This document shows positions 43,010 to 53,202 of a DNA stretch of 64,000 nt, in pieces; position 1 is the stretch's first letter, and every line of letters starts with the position of its first letter. The translations under genes and the position numbers were made by a program. Below the pieces are notes generated by a model. The model was not told where the DNA came from. It ran no database searches and saw only the letters and a program-made list of their open reading frames with translations. The DNA is from Candidatus Woesebacteria bacterium (GTDB lineage: Bacteria > Patescibacteriota > Microgenomatia > UBA8517), in NCBI GenBank assembly GCA_016432365.1, contig CP066686.1, positions 938,918 to 1,002,917 of the forward strand, in the 5' to 3' direction.

Positions 43010-44623
43010 ATGGAAGAACTGTTACAGAAGTATCTAAAAGGTTTTAGCGGTGTCGATGAGGCTACAGTTGCCCGAATTAGGGATCTTTTGGTTCCTGTTT
43101 CTAATGCCGACAAAATTCTGGTAAGCGCCATCAAAACGAATATGCCACCGAAGGAGTTCGCAGAATGGCTTGACACTAACATCCAGAAGAAATTGGCGGA
43201 AGAAAAGGCAAAACCTGCTCCGGTGACTAAGTCAGCCTCAGGAAACGTTGATTCAACCTCCGAGGCATTGAACGCTTACCTGGCAAAATTCCCGGAGATT
43301 GTTGGAGCAAACAGGGCTCAAATCCGAAGTTTGGTCAGGATGGCAGATCCGGAAGAAGCAATATCAATTTTGGAAACGGCTGCCCTATACAGTGCCTCAC
43401 CAAACGATGTGATGGAACTTTTGAGAAAGGCGCCTCAGCGTCAGCAAGAAAGCGCCCCTCAAGAAGCGGCCGATACCACAAAGGTTGAAGAAACCGAAGC
43501 CAAACCTCAACCAGAAGATGGTGGCAACAAGAGTGTTCAGGTAGCCGAGACTAATGGCAAACGAGGTTGGGGCGGATTCAAACGCGGCAAATCTGCTAAG
43601 AAGACAGACCCCGATCGAAATCAACCTGGACAGCAACAAAGCCCGAAAGCGAAAATCCCGACCTGGGCCACATGGATCGGAGTCGGAATCCTGGTTTTGG
43701 CTGTGTTGGGCGCGATATATTACTACGTCGCCTTTGTCCCCCATCCTCAACGGGCAGAAAACACTGAAACCCTAGGGCCAGCAGCGGTAGTGGAAGCACC
43801 ACCGGTCGTCAATCTGCAGGCAGTAGATTACAAAAGCGTAGCTTTTGTCGGGGTTACTCTGTTTTTTATGTTCATCGCCGGAACGGCTTTGATACCCCTC
43901 GGAATCCTTGATGCCAAAGAACGCCTGCAAGTATCAGACATCAGTGTGGCACTTGGAGGTCTATTCGCAAACTATCTCGCCATCTGGAAACCTTTTGTCG
44001 CATTCTGGACTACGTTGGTTCCGATGTTCAATGAGCAATCCACAGCTGTCCTTTTTGGCATGCTTATTACAGGGATTGTCGTCACAAAAGCAGTGACCGG
44101 AGGACGTGATACAACAAACCTCGGCGTATACTTCGGAGGGTTGGCGATTATTGGAGCAAGCTTAGGAAATATGGGTGCATTCCAGGCAGCTTTCAACATT
44201 CCTTACCAACCGGTATACATGCTCCTGGGAATACCTGCGGCCATCATAGCTAAGCAAACAAGCGCGTTACAATACAGCTTGCTTGTGTATTCGGTACTTT
44301 TCCTGGCCATTGGTGCGTACCTGCTTGACATCGTCTATCCGAGAGAGAAAAAACCCAGATATGGGGCTTTCATTTCCTTTGCCTCGGTTGTTGGAATATA
44401 CTACCTGGCATTACTCAAATTCGATGCACAATACGCCCTACTCTTCGGCATAACCGCCGGAATTCTCGCAGCAGTTCTTGCCCGAAAAGCAGGCACTACA
44501 GAGACTTCAGGTGAAAATAAGCTGACAAAAATTGTTCAGCGTATTTTTGAGTACACCCCTTGGGACGGCGCTTGTCTCGGAATTGTTGTTCTAGTCCTTC
44601 TGCGTTTGGCAGGCATTGCCTAG
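43010..44623 (+). CDS. Large orphan membrane protein (helical N-terminus, multi-TM C-terminus)
   Basis: GAAAGGAGG SD; about 10 hydrophobic segments. Confidence 0.8.
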   Translation: MEELLQKYLKGFSGVDEATVARIRDLLVPVSNADKILVSAIKTNMPPKEFAEWLDTNIQKKLAEEKAKPAPVTKSASGNVDSTSEALNAYLAKFPEIVGANRAQIRSLVRMADPEEAISILETAALYSASPNDVMELLRKAPQRQQESAPQEAADTTKVEETEAKPQPEDGGNKSVQVAETNGKRGWGGFKRGKSAKKTDPDRNQPGQQQSPKAKIPTWATWIGVGILVLAVLGAIYYYVAFVPHPQRAENTETLGPAAVVEAPPVVNLQAVDYKSVAFVGVTLFFMFIAGTALIPLGILDAKERLQVSDISVALGGLFANYLAIWKPFVAFWTTLVPMFNEQSTAVLFGMLITGIVVTKAVTGGRDTTNLGVYFGGLAIIGASLGNMGAFQAAFNIPYQPVYMLLGIPAAIIAKQTSALQYSLLVYSVLFLAIGAYLLDIVYPREKKPRYGAFISFASVVGIYYLALLKFDAQYALLFGITAGILAAVLARKAGTTETSGENKLTKIVQRIFEYTPWDGACLGIVVLVLLRLAGIA

Positions 44624-44636
44624 CACTAGCGACTCA

Positions 44637-44692
44637 CCCCCGTGAGACAGATATTTCTTACAAAAAAATAAGAAACAATCATCTCACGGGGG
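44637..44692 (+). other. Long intercistronic hairpin
   Basis: CCCCCGTGAGA...TTTCTTA/TAAGAAA...TCTCACGGGGG. Confidence 0.7.
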
Positions 44693-44730
44693 CTTACGTA
44701 TCGTTTTTTGTAAATTGGAAGGAGATACAA

Positions 44731-44919
44731 ATGAACTTTATATCGACCCTGAACAGTATCCAGATCTTTTTTCTGGTCACAGGAATTGCATCAGCACTGT
44801 TCGTGGCATACGAAGCGGTACTGGCCATCAAACGACGCGGCGGTGATATGGGTTTGGCTTTGGTTGCCGGACTCCTAGCCCTGGTTTCGCTTTATATGGC
44901 CCTGTTCGTGAAACCGTAA
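44731..44919 (+). CDS. Small 2-TM protein
   Basis: GGAAGGAG SD before MNFIST. Confidence 0.75.
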   Translation: MNFISTLNSIQIFFLVTGIASALFVAYEAVLAIKRRGGDMGLALVAGLLALVSLYMALFVKP

Positions 44920-44938
44920 GTTTTGCAAGGAGGTAGAA

Positions 44939-45775
44939 ATGATTCCTAAATTCAAAATCAGTGAACGAGGAAATATCCAACAAGGATTCCTTGTCATTCT
45001 GCTTATTGCGATTGTGGTATTTGTCATCATATCCCTTTTCGGCGCATATGCTGTAAACACCACCGTCGTTCTGGAAGAAATTGAGAGGGAAAAAACAATG
45101 GGGATCCTAATTCAGATCCCGAGTTCAAGTTTGCCACCCGAACTGAAGATCGATAAACGCGGAGTTGATCAATATGTGATCTTCAAATATTTTTCGATCG
45201 TCGGAGACGGTGTCGAAATCCCCGGTGACCAAGAATACGCGGCCGCTTACGCCACCAATACAGAACTGACAACTCTGGATTGCGGTGACCAAATCACCTC
45301 AGTTGGTATCATTTCCAAGGCTTTTGAGCCGGAAATCGGTGCAGCCGAAGCCGGTGCCAAGGTAAGCATTATGATTCTGGGAGCCAGAGCCATAACAAAC
45401 GGCGGATGCGAAGTTGGGCCACTGGTAAGAAATCCATTGTACGATGAGAATTTCGAACCCTATGCCGCTTACCCTTCCATCTGGAACATTCCGGGGTGCC
45501 TCCTACGTGTATGGACTGCTCCCGGTATTTACAGGGAAAGTTCTTGCCTTGAGGGCGGATATCGTCCAACATTAAATTGGCAGCGCATAGGTGCAATCGA
45601 TATCCCGAACGGTCAGGGCTTATTCCGTCTCGTTGCGGCAGATAACGGCCTTTGGATGCATGCGATTAGCACCATTGACCTAAATCAGATCTACAATACC
45701 TACAACGTTGATGGAACGATTAAGGAAAAGATCGAAAACATTCTACAAAAGGTATTTGGAGGAAGTTCACAATGA
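44939..45775 (+). CDS. Single-TM exported protein with a prepilin-like N-terminus
   Basis: ERGNIQQGFLVILLIAIVV; 4 Cys; AGGAGG SD. Confidence 0.7.
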   Translation: MIPKFKISERGNIQQGFLVILLIAIVVFVIISLFGAYAVNTTVVLEEIEREKTMGILIQIPSSSLPPELKIDKRGVDQYVIFKYFSIVGDGVEIPGDQEYAAAYATNTELTTLDCGDQITSVGIISKAFEPEIGAAEAGAKVSIMILGARAITNGGCEVGPLVRNPLYDENFEPYAAYPSIWNIPGCLLRVWTAPGIYRESSCLEGGYRPTLNWQRIGAIDIPNGQGLFRLVAADNGLWMHAISTIDLNQIYNTYNVDGTIKEKIENILQKVFGGSSQ

Positions 45776-46233
45776 CTCAGAATAACCAAAACCAACAACC
45801 GGCCAAGAAAGAGCCAAAGGTCATCATTTTCGTGACCCTGATGGCCATCGTGGCGGTTGCTATTTTCGGCAGTGCTGCTGGCAGGATCGTCGCATACGCA
45901 CTCTGTGCAGTATTTCTTGGCGCCTTGGGATACGGTACTTACCGGTTTTTCAGCCAGGACGTCAAGTACTACGTCGGAATTCCGCTTGTTGCGGCCCTTT
46001 TGGGTTTCGCATTCGGAGCCTTTGAAGATGCAGGCAAGTACGGTGCCAGGATCGGCGGATCTTTCCAGTCGATCGCGTGGCTTCTGCTTTGTCCTGTTAT
46101 CTTTGTGGTCTTTGGCATCGCATTCCGCTGGTTTCAAAAGAACCAGAGTAAGATCGACGAAAAGATCAACAATGGCCTGGAAGAGCTTGACCGCGGTCTT
46201 GACAAAATTGTCGATCAGATCAAGCTTAAGTGA
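45772..46233 (+). CDS. 4-TM hypothetical protein
   Basis: ATGA overlap; four hydrophobic segments. Confidence 0.75.
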   Translation: MTQNNQNQQPAKKEPKVIIFVTLMAIVAVAIFGSAAGRIVAYALCAVFLGALGYGTYRFFSQDVKYYVGIPLVAALLGFAFGAFEDAGKYGARIGGSFQSIAWLLLCPVIFVVFGIAFRWFQKNQSKIDEKINNGLEELDRGLDKIVDQIKLK

Positions 46234-46254
46234 TTTGTAAATTTGTGAGTACTT

Positions 46255-46301
46255 ACCGCTCGTTGCACACCTTAATAGTGAAAAAGCAACGGGCGGTTTT
46301 T
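46255..46301 (+). terminator. Long hairpin terminator
   Basis: ACCGCTCGTTGC...GCAACGGGCGGT + T tract. Confidence 0.8.
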
Positions 46302-46392
46302 CTTTGCCCATCGAAGCTCGAAGAGCAAAGTTGGGTTTGGAAAAACCCCCTCGCTTGACAAAAAACGCCTATAGGGTTATTATTCGCACGTC

Positions 46393-47568
46393 ATGACAGC
46401 CGAACGCACAAACGACTCCGAAACTAGTGATCTACCTCTTCCTGAGGTGTATAAAAACGTCCCCAGAATTCCAAAAACTGAATCTGCGATTACCACCGTC
46501 CAGCAAATCGAGGGCGAAGTTGTCGAAGACGAAAATCAAAAACCGGACCGCGCCAGAGCAGCCCATGACGCAATTCTTAAAACAAGACATATCCTTTCTA
46601 CTGCCATAAGAGGCGCAGATGAAGAAACAACGCAAATGGTTAGGTCCATTCTCCAAGAAAGATTAGAACAGGAACAGATTGAGGCGATGGATGCCACAGA
46701 CAGAACAATATTTGTGTCACTTAAAGAACAGGTCGTTAACGTAAATGAAGCTCTAACCGATTTTTACGGAACTCCAACTTCAATTTTGATGCTTTACAGC
46801 TACGAATCAGAAAAAGACCCCCAGACATACCCCCCATTAGATACGGCAAATGGGATTAAAGGGATGTTAAGGCTTCACAGAGATTTGTATCAAGAAATTG
46901 CATCGGCCCCCGTAATTGCTAGTGAGTTGGCTGAAGCCAAAACACAGACGGCCATTATTCCTGCTCAAAAAGACGTAAAAATATTAAGAATTGACGCGGA
47001 AAGAGAAGTGGCCGAAAAGTTTTCTCTGGCAGCTGACTCCCTCAAAAAAGCGGCCAGCGATCGCGCTGCTGTTCGAAGCGCACATATTAGAGGAGCAGCG
47101 GAAACAATATCAACAGCCGTCGGTGAAGCTCCCGTTCAAATAGCAAGATCCTTTGCCGACAAGCTCGGCGAATGGATAAAAACAAGCGATGACGCAATGG
47201 GAACCGTATCTTTTATGGGCGGTGCCGTTGCCGGACCTTTGGCGTTAATTATTGAAGGCCCCGCTCTTTCACCGATTCTCGCTACTTGGATTTCTACTTG
47301 GCCTTGGGGAACGGCCACGGCAGTTGGATTTGGAGCATTAGGCGGAGCGATAGGAGGGTTTGTTACTTGGAAAGCAATCAGATTTGCCGCCGAATATAGT
47401 TGGAGTGTTGTACAAAATGTTTGGGAATCCATAGAACAAAAACTGGGTGAATGGGGCGAAAAGATTGGTAATTCCAAGTTGTTTAGCGGGAAAAAGGACC
47501 AAACAAATCACAACCAAAACCAGAATAACAGAGGTAAAGGCAATAACAGGACGGACCACGAAGCATAA
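46393..47568 (+). CDS. Hypothetical helical protein with a Gly-rich TM hairpin
   Basis: 391-aa ORF; TTGACA-17-TATTAT promoter directly upstream. Confidence 0.75.
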   Translation: MTAERTNDSETSDLPLPEVYKNVPRIPKTESAITTVQQIEGEVVEDENQKPDRARAAHDAILKTRHILSTAIRGADEETTQMVRSILQERLEQEQIEAMDATDRTIFVSLKEQVVNVNEALTDFYGTPTSILMLYSYESEKDPQTYPPLDTANGIKGMLRLHRDLYQEIASAPVIASELAEAKTQTAIIPAQKDVKILRIDAEREVAEKFSLAADSLKKAASDRAAVRSAHIRGAAETISTAVGEAPVQIARSFADKLGEWIKTSDDAMGTVSFMGGAVAGPLALIIEGPALSPILATWISTWPWGTATAVGFGALGGAIGGFVTWKAIRFAAEYSWSVVQNVWESIEQKLGEWGEKIGNSKLFSGKKDQTNHNQNQNNRGKGNNRTDHEA

Positions 47569-47788
47569 TCTTCTTTTTGACACTTCTTCATTCTTGCAAT
47601 CCCTCAAAAATAATCCTATAGCAAACTCAAAACAAAATGAAGGTTTGCAATTTTATGTTTTGAGTTTGGTATATAGAAATTCTATGCTTGCCAAACAAAT
47701 GTCAGTTTTGACATTTGTTTTAACATGGCTATATAATCCCCCTGCAACTTAACATTACCCTGAAAAGGAAATCAAAAAGGAGAGTTCC

Positions 47789-48235
47789 ATGCCTACAATC
47801 AATATTGTCCAGTTAATAATTGGGGTTCTGATTATGGTAATTTCCGCGGCCGCACTTGTATGGTTCTTTATGTGGAATTGGTGCCAACAGAAGCAAGCAA
47901 AACTGATAGCGGAACAGAAACGCGCGTTACTGAAAAAAAATCCAATTTCCTTCGGCCTCAATTATTTCTTTGCCGGAAACGACAGGATCGAAGCCGTTGT
48001 CACCGACGTTGACTATGAAGCCGGAGAGTTATCTATCGACGTCACCTTGCATGTAGCAGATGACGACACCATCCTAAGTGCCCCGGATGACAGTGATTTG
48101 AGCAATGTCAGACTGCCTGTAAAGCACTTCGACGGAACAATCGAAACATTGTCGTTTGACCTTGTAAATGACAGGCCTGCCGCCTTTAACGGATGGGAAA
48201 TTGTAATAGATGATGTTCTCGCCAAAGCCGGTTAG
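47789..48235 (+). CDS. Single-TM protein with acidic domain
   Basis: AAGGAG SD; N-terminal TM. Confidence 0.75.
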   Translation: MPTINIVQLIIGVLIMVISAAALVWFFMWNWCQQKQAKLIAEQKRALLKKNPISFGLNYFFAGNDRIEAVVTDVDYEAGELSIDVTLHVADDDTILSAPDDSDLSNVRLPVKHFDGTIETLSFDLVNDRPAAFNGWEIVIDDVLAKAG

Positions 48236-48272
48236 GCCGCCCGTCCACATATAACAGAAAAGGAGAAACAAT

Positions 48273-48848
48273 ATGTGTTTCAATGACTCGTTCTGCATCA
48301 ACGGTTTTCAAATAACCGTGGCCGTTTTGATCATCCTCGGAATCTGCTACTGGCTGTACCGCAAGGTGTCGAAACCAGAGCCGGGGTTTATTACGTTCGA
48401 TGAGCTTGCCCCTCAAATAACTGAAGCTCCCCCACCTCAACCTGAGGAGGAAGAACTTGAAGAGGAAGCGCCTGTTGAAGAGGAACCCGAAGAGGAGGAA
48501 GAACTTGAAGAGAAAGAAGAACCGACTTTTAAAGAAGGTGACGAAATCTTATTCAATGAAAAGTCTGGGTTCCAAGTGGTCTTTGTCGTCGAGTTGTTCA
48601 ACAGCGATGAGGATGAGATTCAAGGTCCGCTTGTGGTAAGGTATCCGCAAGGCATCGAAATCGTGGATGTCGACTACGTTGAAAGTTACGATGAATCTGA
48701 TGTGATTCACGTCAAATTCAAAAAGAACGGACACCTGTCAGATATCGACTTCGAAGTCGACAATCCTGTAGACGAAGATGACCTGAACGGTTGCTCGTTT
48801 GTTGTTAACTATGCAACATCCGAACCGCTACCGTTAGCCGACAGTTAA
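48273..48848 (+). CDS. Single-TM protein with Glu-rich linker and acidic domain
   Basis: AAGGAG SD; N-terminal TM; PEEEELEEE repeats. Confidence 0.75.
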   Translation: MCFNDSFCINGFQITVAVLIILGICYWLYRKVSKPEPGFITFDELAPQITEAPPPQPEEEELEEEAPVEEEPEEEEELEEKEEPTFKEGDEILFNEKSGFQVVFVVELFNSDEDEIQGPLVVRYPQGIEIVDVDYVESYDESDVIHVKFKKNGHLSDIDFEVDNPVDEDDLNGCSFVVNYATSEPLPLADS

Positions 48849-48858
48849 TTTAAACCAA

Positions 48859-48918
48859 AGACCAGCGCAATTCACCCACAAGGTGATTCCTATTCATAGG
48901 ACGCTGGTCTGTTTTTTT
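48859..48918 (+). terminator. Branched hairpin terminator
   Basis: AGACCAGCG/CGCTGGTCT enclosing TCACC/GGTGA and CCTAT/ATAGG; T7. Confidence 0.75.
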
Positions 48919-48959
48919 GGTTATTGCCAACCACAAAAGCCTGGGTTTACAATCCAAGA

Positions 48960-49490
48960 ATGCCCACGGACCACGTAAAATCCAGTCACCATTTAATTCA
49001 AAGTTTTGAAGCAGATCAGCTTAAGAACCGTCCAAAATTCATACAAATTGCAGACCGGTTAACTCTTTTGTTTGGAAGTATCAGTTTTTTTATACTTAAT
49101 GCCCTGCTTTTTATTGTCTGGATCGCAATCAACACAGGATTTGTCCCATTTGTACCGGTCTTTGACCCCTACCCTTTTATTCTTTTGACTATGTTTGTCT
49201 CGCTCGAAGCAATTTTTCTTTCCATAATCGTCCTTATGAGTCAAAACAGACAAGGGCACATTTTTACTTTAAGAGAAGAGCTGGATATGCAAGTTAACCT
49301 CCTGGCAGAACGCGAAATAACCATGTCACTAAAAATCCTAAAACTAATGGCCAGCAAAATGGGAATAAAGATCAGGAACGAGGAATTGGGAGAAATGGTT
49401 AAAGAAACCGATATTTCTTATATTCAAAGGGAAATCCAGGAACAAATTCAGGAAAGAACCAGGCTTTCCAGAAAGTTAGGTAAGAAATAG
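48960..49490 (+). CDS. DUF1003 membrane protein (paralogue 2)
   Basis: FDPYPFILLTMFVSLEAIFLSIIVLMSQNRQ. Confidence 0.92.
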   Translation: MPTDHVKSSHHLIQSFEADQLKNRPKFIQIADRLTLLFGSISFFILNALLFIVWIAINTGFVPFVPVFDPYPFILLTMFVSLEAIFLSIIVLMSQNRQGHIFTLREELDMQVNLLAEREITMSLKILKLMASKMGIKIRNEELGEMVKETDISYIQREIQEQIQERTRLSRKLGKK

Positions 49491-49525
49491 TTTCACTTTG
49501 AAAAAGTGTGTGATATATTACCGAT

Positions 49526-49699
49526 ATGGCCATAGAAATATTTAATGAAGGAGAAGGAAAAGATGAAGAAAGTAACTTTTTCCCGGAAGTAGTCAGAGAA
49601 ACAACCGAACAGGGACGAATTGTTTGGTTAAAAAGTGCTCCTGAAGACTCTAAACCTCCCGTTAACGAATCCTCCTTACAATCAAATCCTTTAAAGTAA
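49526..49699 (+). CDS. Small hypothetical protein, 57 aa (not in ORF track)
   Basis: ATG 6 nt after TATATT; MAIEIFNEGEGKDEESNFFPEVVRE... Confidence 0.45.
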   Translation: MAIEIFNEGEGKDEESNFFPEVVRETTEQGRIVWLKSAPEDSKPPVNESSLQSNPLK

Positions 49700-49784
49700 G
49701 CTATCCCACACAATTTTCGCACTCAACTTTTCAATACTGTTCGTATACGTTTCGTGCCAAAATTGAGAGGGATTCCGCTTCGCT

Positions 49785-51542
49785 TCACATCTTCTCAGGA
49801 GCGTCAATCCCTAATAGCTGAAGCCCATTCTTAAGCACTTGACCCGTTCCTGCAGTTAGTGCGAGTCTGAAATTCCCCACTTCTTCGTTCTTCGTTTTTC
49901 CTTCTTCGCTTATTATTCTATTATGCGCGGGGCCTAAGGCTTCGTCTTTCGTGCGCTCGTCATTTGTATTCAAAATCCTATTGTGAGCGTAAAAAGTGTT
50001 GAATTTTGAAGCTAAATCATATAAATAGTTGCACAAAAGATTGGGTGAGTAACTTTTGGCTGCATTGGCAATTACCTCGGAAAATCGGGACAAAGCTCTT
50101 AAAACGGTCAGCTCTTCTATTTCTAATTTTATATTATTCGCATATTCGCTCATTCGCTTATTTGAAGCCTTTGCGAGCACGGAATTAGTTCGAGCAACTG
50201 TATATTGCAGATAGGGCCCGGAATTGCCTTCCAGGGAAATGCTTTCCTTAAGATCAAATGAGATGTCTTGCGCAAGACCTGTCTTTAAAAATGAATATTT
50301 AACTGCGCCTACTGCTATCATTTCTGCCACGCCATCTTCGGTTTTATACGCTTTTTTGATTGACTCCTTGGCGTCATCAAGTATTTTTTCTCCAAGAACC
50401 ACATTGCCGGTCCTTGAACTCATTTTCCCCTCTTTCAGACGAACCCAACCATATGGAACATGGAACTCCCTGCCTTTTGTTTCCGGCTCTATAAACTCCA
50501 AAGCTTTGAAGATCACTTGAAAATACGCGCTTTGTTCTGGACCAACAGTGTGAATCAGTTTGTCGGGATTGTATTCAGAAAACTGAAGCTTTGCCAAACC
50601 CAAATCTTTGGCCTCATAGGTTGGAACACCTTTACCTGAAATAAAAACCCTGTCATGCAAGCCATATTCACTGCCGGGGAAAATAATTGCGCCCTCGCTT
50701 TCTTTTAAAATCCCTTTTTTAAGAGCTTCCAAGGCAATTTCTTTACCCTTTTGGTAGACTTCGCTCTCAAAATAAAATCTATCAAACTTCGTATAGACTC
50801 TTTTATATATTTCGGCAAAATAATCCAAACTCCATTGTCTTGTCTCGGAATACAATTTATTTATTTCATCATCGCTCTTATCATAAATAATGCCATTTAT
50901 GACATGAATTTCTTCTTTGGCTTTTTCATCAATTTCATAGGCACTTGAGCCTGTCGAATACGCCTTGCCTAAATACTCAGCCCGTTTTTTAACATCTTTT
51001 GGGTCATCAAAACCAATTCTTTTAATTCCCCATAACGCCTTTGCTATATGGAGACCAACGTCGCCCTGATAATTTGCCCGTACAACTTCTGCCCCGTTTG
51101 CCTCGTAAAGCCTAGCCAATGTTTCACCTGTTGTTATGTTTCTAAGGTGGCCTATATGAAAAGCTTTATGAGTATTGGGGTGAGCATACTCAAACATTAT
51201 TTTTTGACCTTTAAGAGAATCACTTGTGCCATATTTTTCTTTTTCCTCTTCAATCTGCATCAAATTACTAACTAGGACATCAGTTTTTAGCCAAAAATTA
51301 ATAAAACCCGGGCCGGCAACTTCAATTTTGTCTACAAATTTTGATAGTTCGGGAGATTGGGATAATTTGGATTTTATTTCTTCCGCAAGCGCCCTTGGAT
51401 TCTTGCCTTCGCTTTTTGCCATGATTAGCGCAATATTGCACGAGTAGTCGCCGAAATTTGGATTCTCGGTGAATTCCAAACTAACCACCTTTTCCCCCGA
51501 CACTTCCGTTAACACATTTATTATTCGGTCTTTAATCGACAT
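49785..51542 (-). CDS. argS: Arginine-tRNA ligase
   Basis: HPNTHKAFHIGHLRN, KMSSRTG, GNSGPYLQY, LLGIDAPEKM. Confidence 0.98.
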   Translation of the reverse strand: MSIKDRIINVLTEVSGEKVVSLEFTENPNFGDYSCNIALIMAKSEGKNPRALAEEIKSKLSQSPELSKFVDKIEVAGPGFINFWLKTDVLVSNLMQIEEEKEKYGTSDSLKGQKIMFEYAHPNTHKAFHIGHLRNITTGETLARLYEANGAEVVRANYQGDVGLHIAKALWGIKRIGFDDPKDVKKRAEYLGKAYSTGSSAYEIDEKAKEEIHVINGIIYDKSDDEINKLYSETRQWSLDYFAEIYKRVYTKFDRFYFESEVYQKGKEIALEALKKGILKESEGAIIFPGSEYGLHDRVFISGKGVPTYEAKDLGLAKLQFSEYNPDKLIHTVGPEQSAYFQVIFKALEFIEPETKGREFHVPYGWVRLKEGKMSSRTGNVVLGEKILDDAKESIKKAYKTEDGVAEMIAVGAVKYSFLKTGLAQDISFDLKESISLEGNSGPYLQYTVARTNSVLAKASNKRMSEYANNIKLEIEELTVLRALSRFSEVIANAAKSYSPNLLCNYLYDLASKFNTFYAHNRILNTNDERTKDEALGPAHNRIISEEGKTKNEEVGNFRLALTAGTGQVLKNGLQLLGIDAPEKM

Positions 51543-52635
51543 AGGTATTATTATATCCCTTTACAACCTGTTTAAAAATCTCCAAGCACTTTCCAATCTT
51601 GTCAGAATAGCAAAACTCATTGGCTTTATGCATTTGATCTGTCTCCCCCGGGCCAAATATAACAGTCGGAATTCCCCTCTCAGTAAAAAACGGCATGTCG
51701 GTTGACCCCGGGAATGCTACAATTTTTGCTTTCGAAACGTTTTTGACGATTTTGACGATGTCTTCGCCGCTTTCCGTGAATCCGAAGCTAACCGGTGGAT
51801 AAAGGTACTCAATTCCTCCCAGTCTGCCTACGGATCTTTTTACAACCTCAAAAGCCAATGAGTGCATTTCCGGAATGGTTCTAATATCAAAAGTTGCGCT
51901 ACACATATCCGGAAATTTATTTGGCGTTACAGCATTCCCGGCAATAATCGAAGTTGCAAGGCCAATCGTCGAAGACCCCAGAACTTCATTGCTATATCTT
52001 TTCTTCCAAATCTTTCCCAATTTCTCAATATTTGAAATTACTTTATACATTTTGAGAACGGAGTGATCATTGGTTTTTATTGGTTTGCTCCCGTGTCCGG
52101 ATTTGCCATTTGTGGTAATTTTTAAAAACAAATTTCCTTTATGTGCAACGCCGATTAATTCCAAACCAGTCGGTTCACAGACGATTGCTGATATCTTTTT
52201 ATATGTTTTTAAATGGTTTGTTGCCAACCATTCAACTGTATCATTTGTTCCGTGGCCATCCACCTCCTCCCCGACTGTAAATGTAAGAATTACATCACAC
52301 TCCGGTTTTTTAACTGAAAATTCTTTTGCCAAAAGCATAAGTACGGCGATAGATGCCTTATTATCGCTTGCCCCAAGACCAAATATTTTTCCATCTTTTT
52401 CGATTCCACCAAAAGGATCGTATTGCCACAGTTTGACGTCACCCGGAGATACAGTATCCACATGTGCATTAAATATCAAACATTTTTTACTGTTTGACCC
52501 TTTAATGACAAGAACCACATTACCTTTAACATTAACGGGATTTACGCCATAGGAGGTCAGGAGATCTGCAATATACTTGCAAATCCCCTGTTCCATCCCT
52601 GTAACAGAATTAATCTGTATTAACTTTTTTAGCAT
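51532..52635 (-). CDS. M20 metallopeptidase (ArgE/DapE-like)
   Basis: NAHVDTV, GASDNK, VGEE, CEPT, GHGS, GSTD, FGPG...H. Confidence 0.92.
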   Translation of the reverse strand: MLKKLIQINSVTGMEQGICKYIADLLTSYGVNPVNVKGNVVLVIKGSNSKKCLIFNAHVDTVSPGDVKLWQYDPFGGIEKDGKIFGLGASDNKASIAVLMLLAKEFSVKKPECDVILTFTVGEEVDGHGTNDTVEWLATNHLKTYKKISAIVCEPTGLELIGVAHKGNLFLKITTNGKSGHGSKPIKTNDHSVLKMYKVISNIEKLGKIWKKRYSNEVLGSSTIGLATSIIAGNAVTPNKFPDMCSATFDIRTIPEMHSLAFEVVKRSVGRLGGIEYLYPPVSFGFTESGEDIVKIVKNVSKAKIVAFPGSTDMPFFTERGIPTVIFGPGETDQMHKANEFCYSDKIGKCLEIFKQVVKGYNNTYVD

Positions 52636-53162
52636 TATTTGATTTTAACCGGTATGTCACAACACAACTTGTTCTGCCATTTGGCCTGATCGAATTTTGG
52701 ACAATTGATACACTCACCAAAGACTTCATCCGGCAAAATTCCAGGCTTAGTAATCACTTCACCTCCGTGATCCAAAAAAATCTTAAGACTTTTTTCGTTG
52801 CAAAGCGCAAACAAATTCGCTTTGGGGTGTTTAGACTTGGCCGCTTCAATGAGTTTTCCAACTATTGCATGCCCTAATCCCATTTCTCTGTGACTAGTAC
52901 CCACAACAATCGCGCCAAGCTCGATCCAGTTATCAGACCACTCAAAAGTGACCGCACCAAATCCAATCGGCTTTGGTGTTCTTCCGTATTCCCAAGCCAC
53001 AACACTTACGCTGTTTTCTAACAAGAACAGAATCTCCTCCGGCTCTTTGGGTAACATCGTACCAGCCTCTTTTGTCCATCTGGACACTACAGCCGCAACC
53101 ATTTTGTTCTCGTCATATTCAACGAATTCTATTTCTTTTACAATTTGTTGATTTTCTTTCAT
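52635..53162 (-). CDS. GNAT acetyltransferase (short ArgA-like)
   Basis: GTMLPK, ELGAIVV...HREMGLG, LPDEVFGECINCPK; start MKENQQ after GGGTGA. Confidence 0.8.
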   Translation of the reverse strand: MKENQQIVKEIEFVEYDENKMVAAVVSRWTKEAGTMLPKEPEEILFLLENSVSVVAWEYGRTPKPIGFGAVTFEWSDNWIELGAIVVGTSHREMGLGHAIVGKLIEAAKSKHPKANLFALCNEKSLKIFLDHGGEVITKPGILPDEVFGECINCPKFDQAKWQNKLCCDIPVKIK

Positions 53163-53202
53163 ATTTATCACCCACTTTCCAGAGCTTTTGGCTCTAAAAC
53201 AC

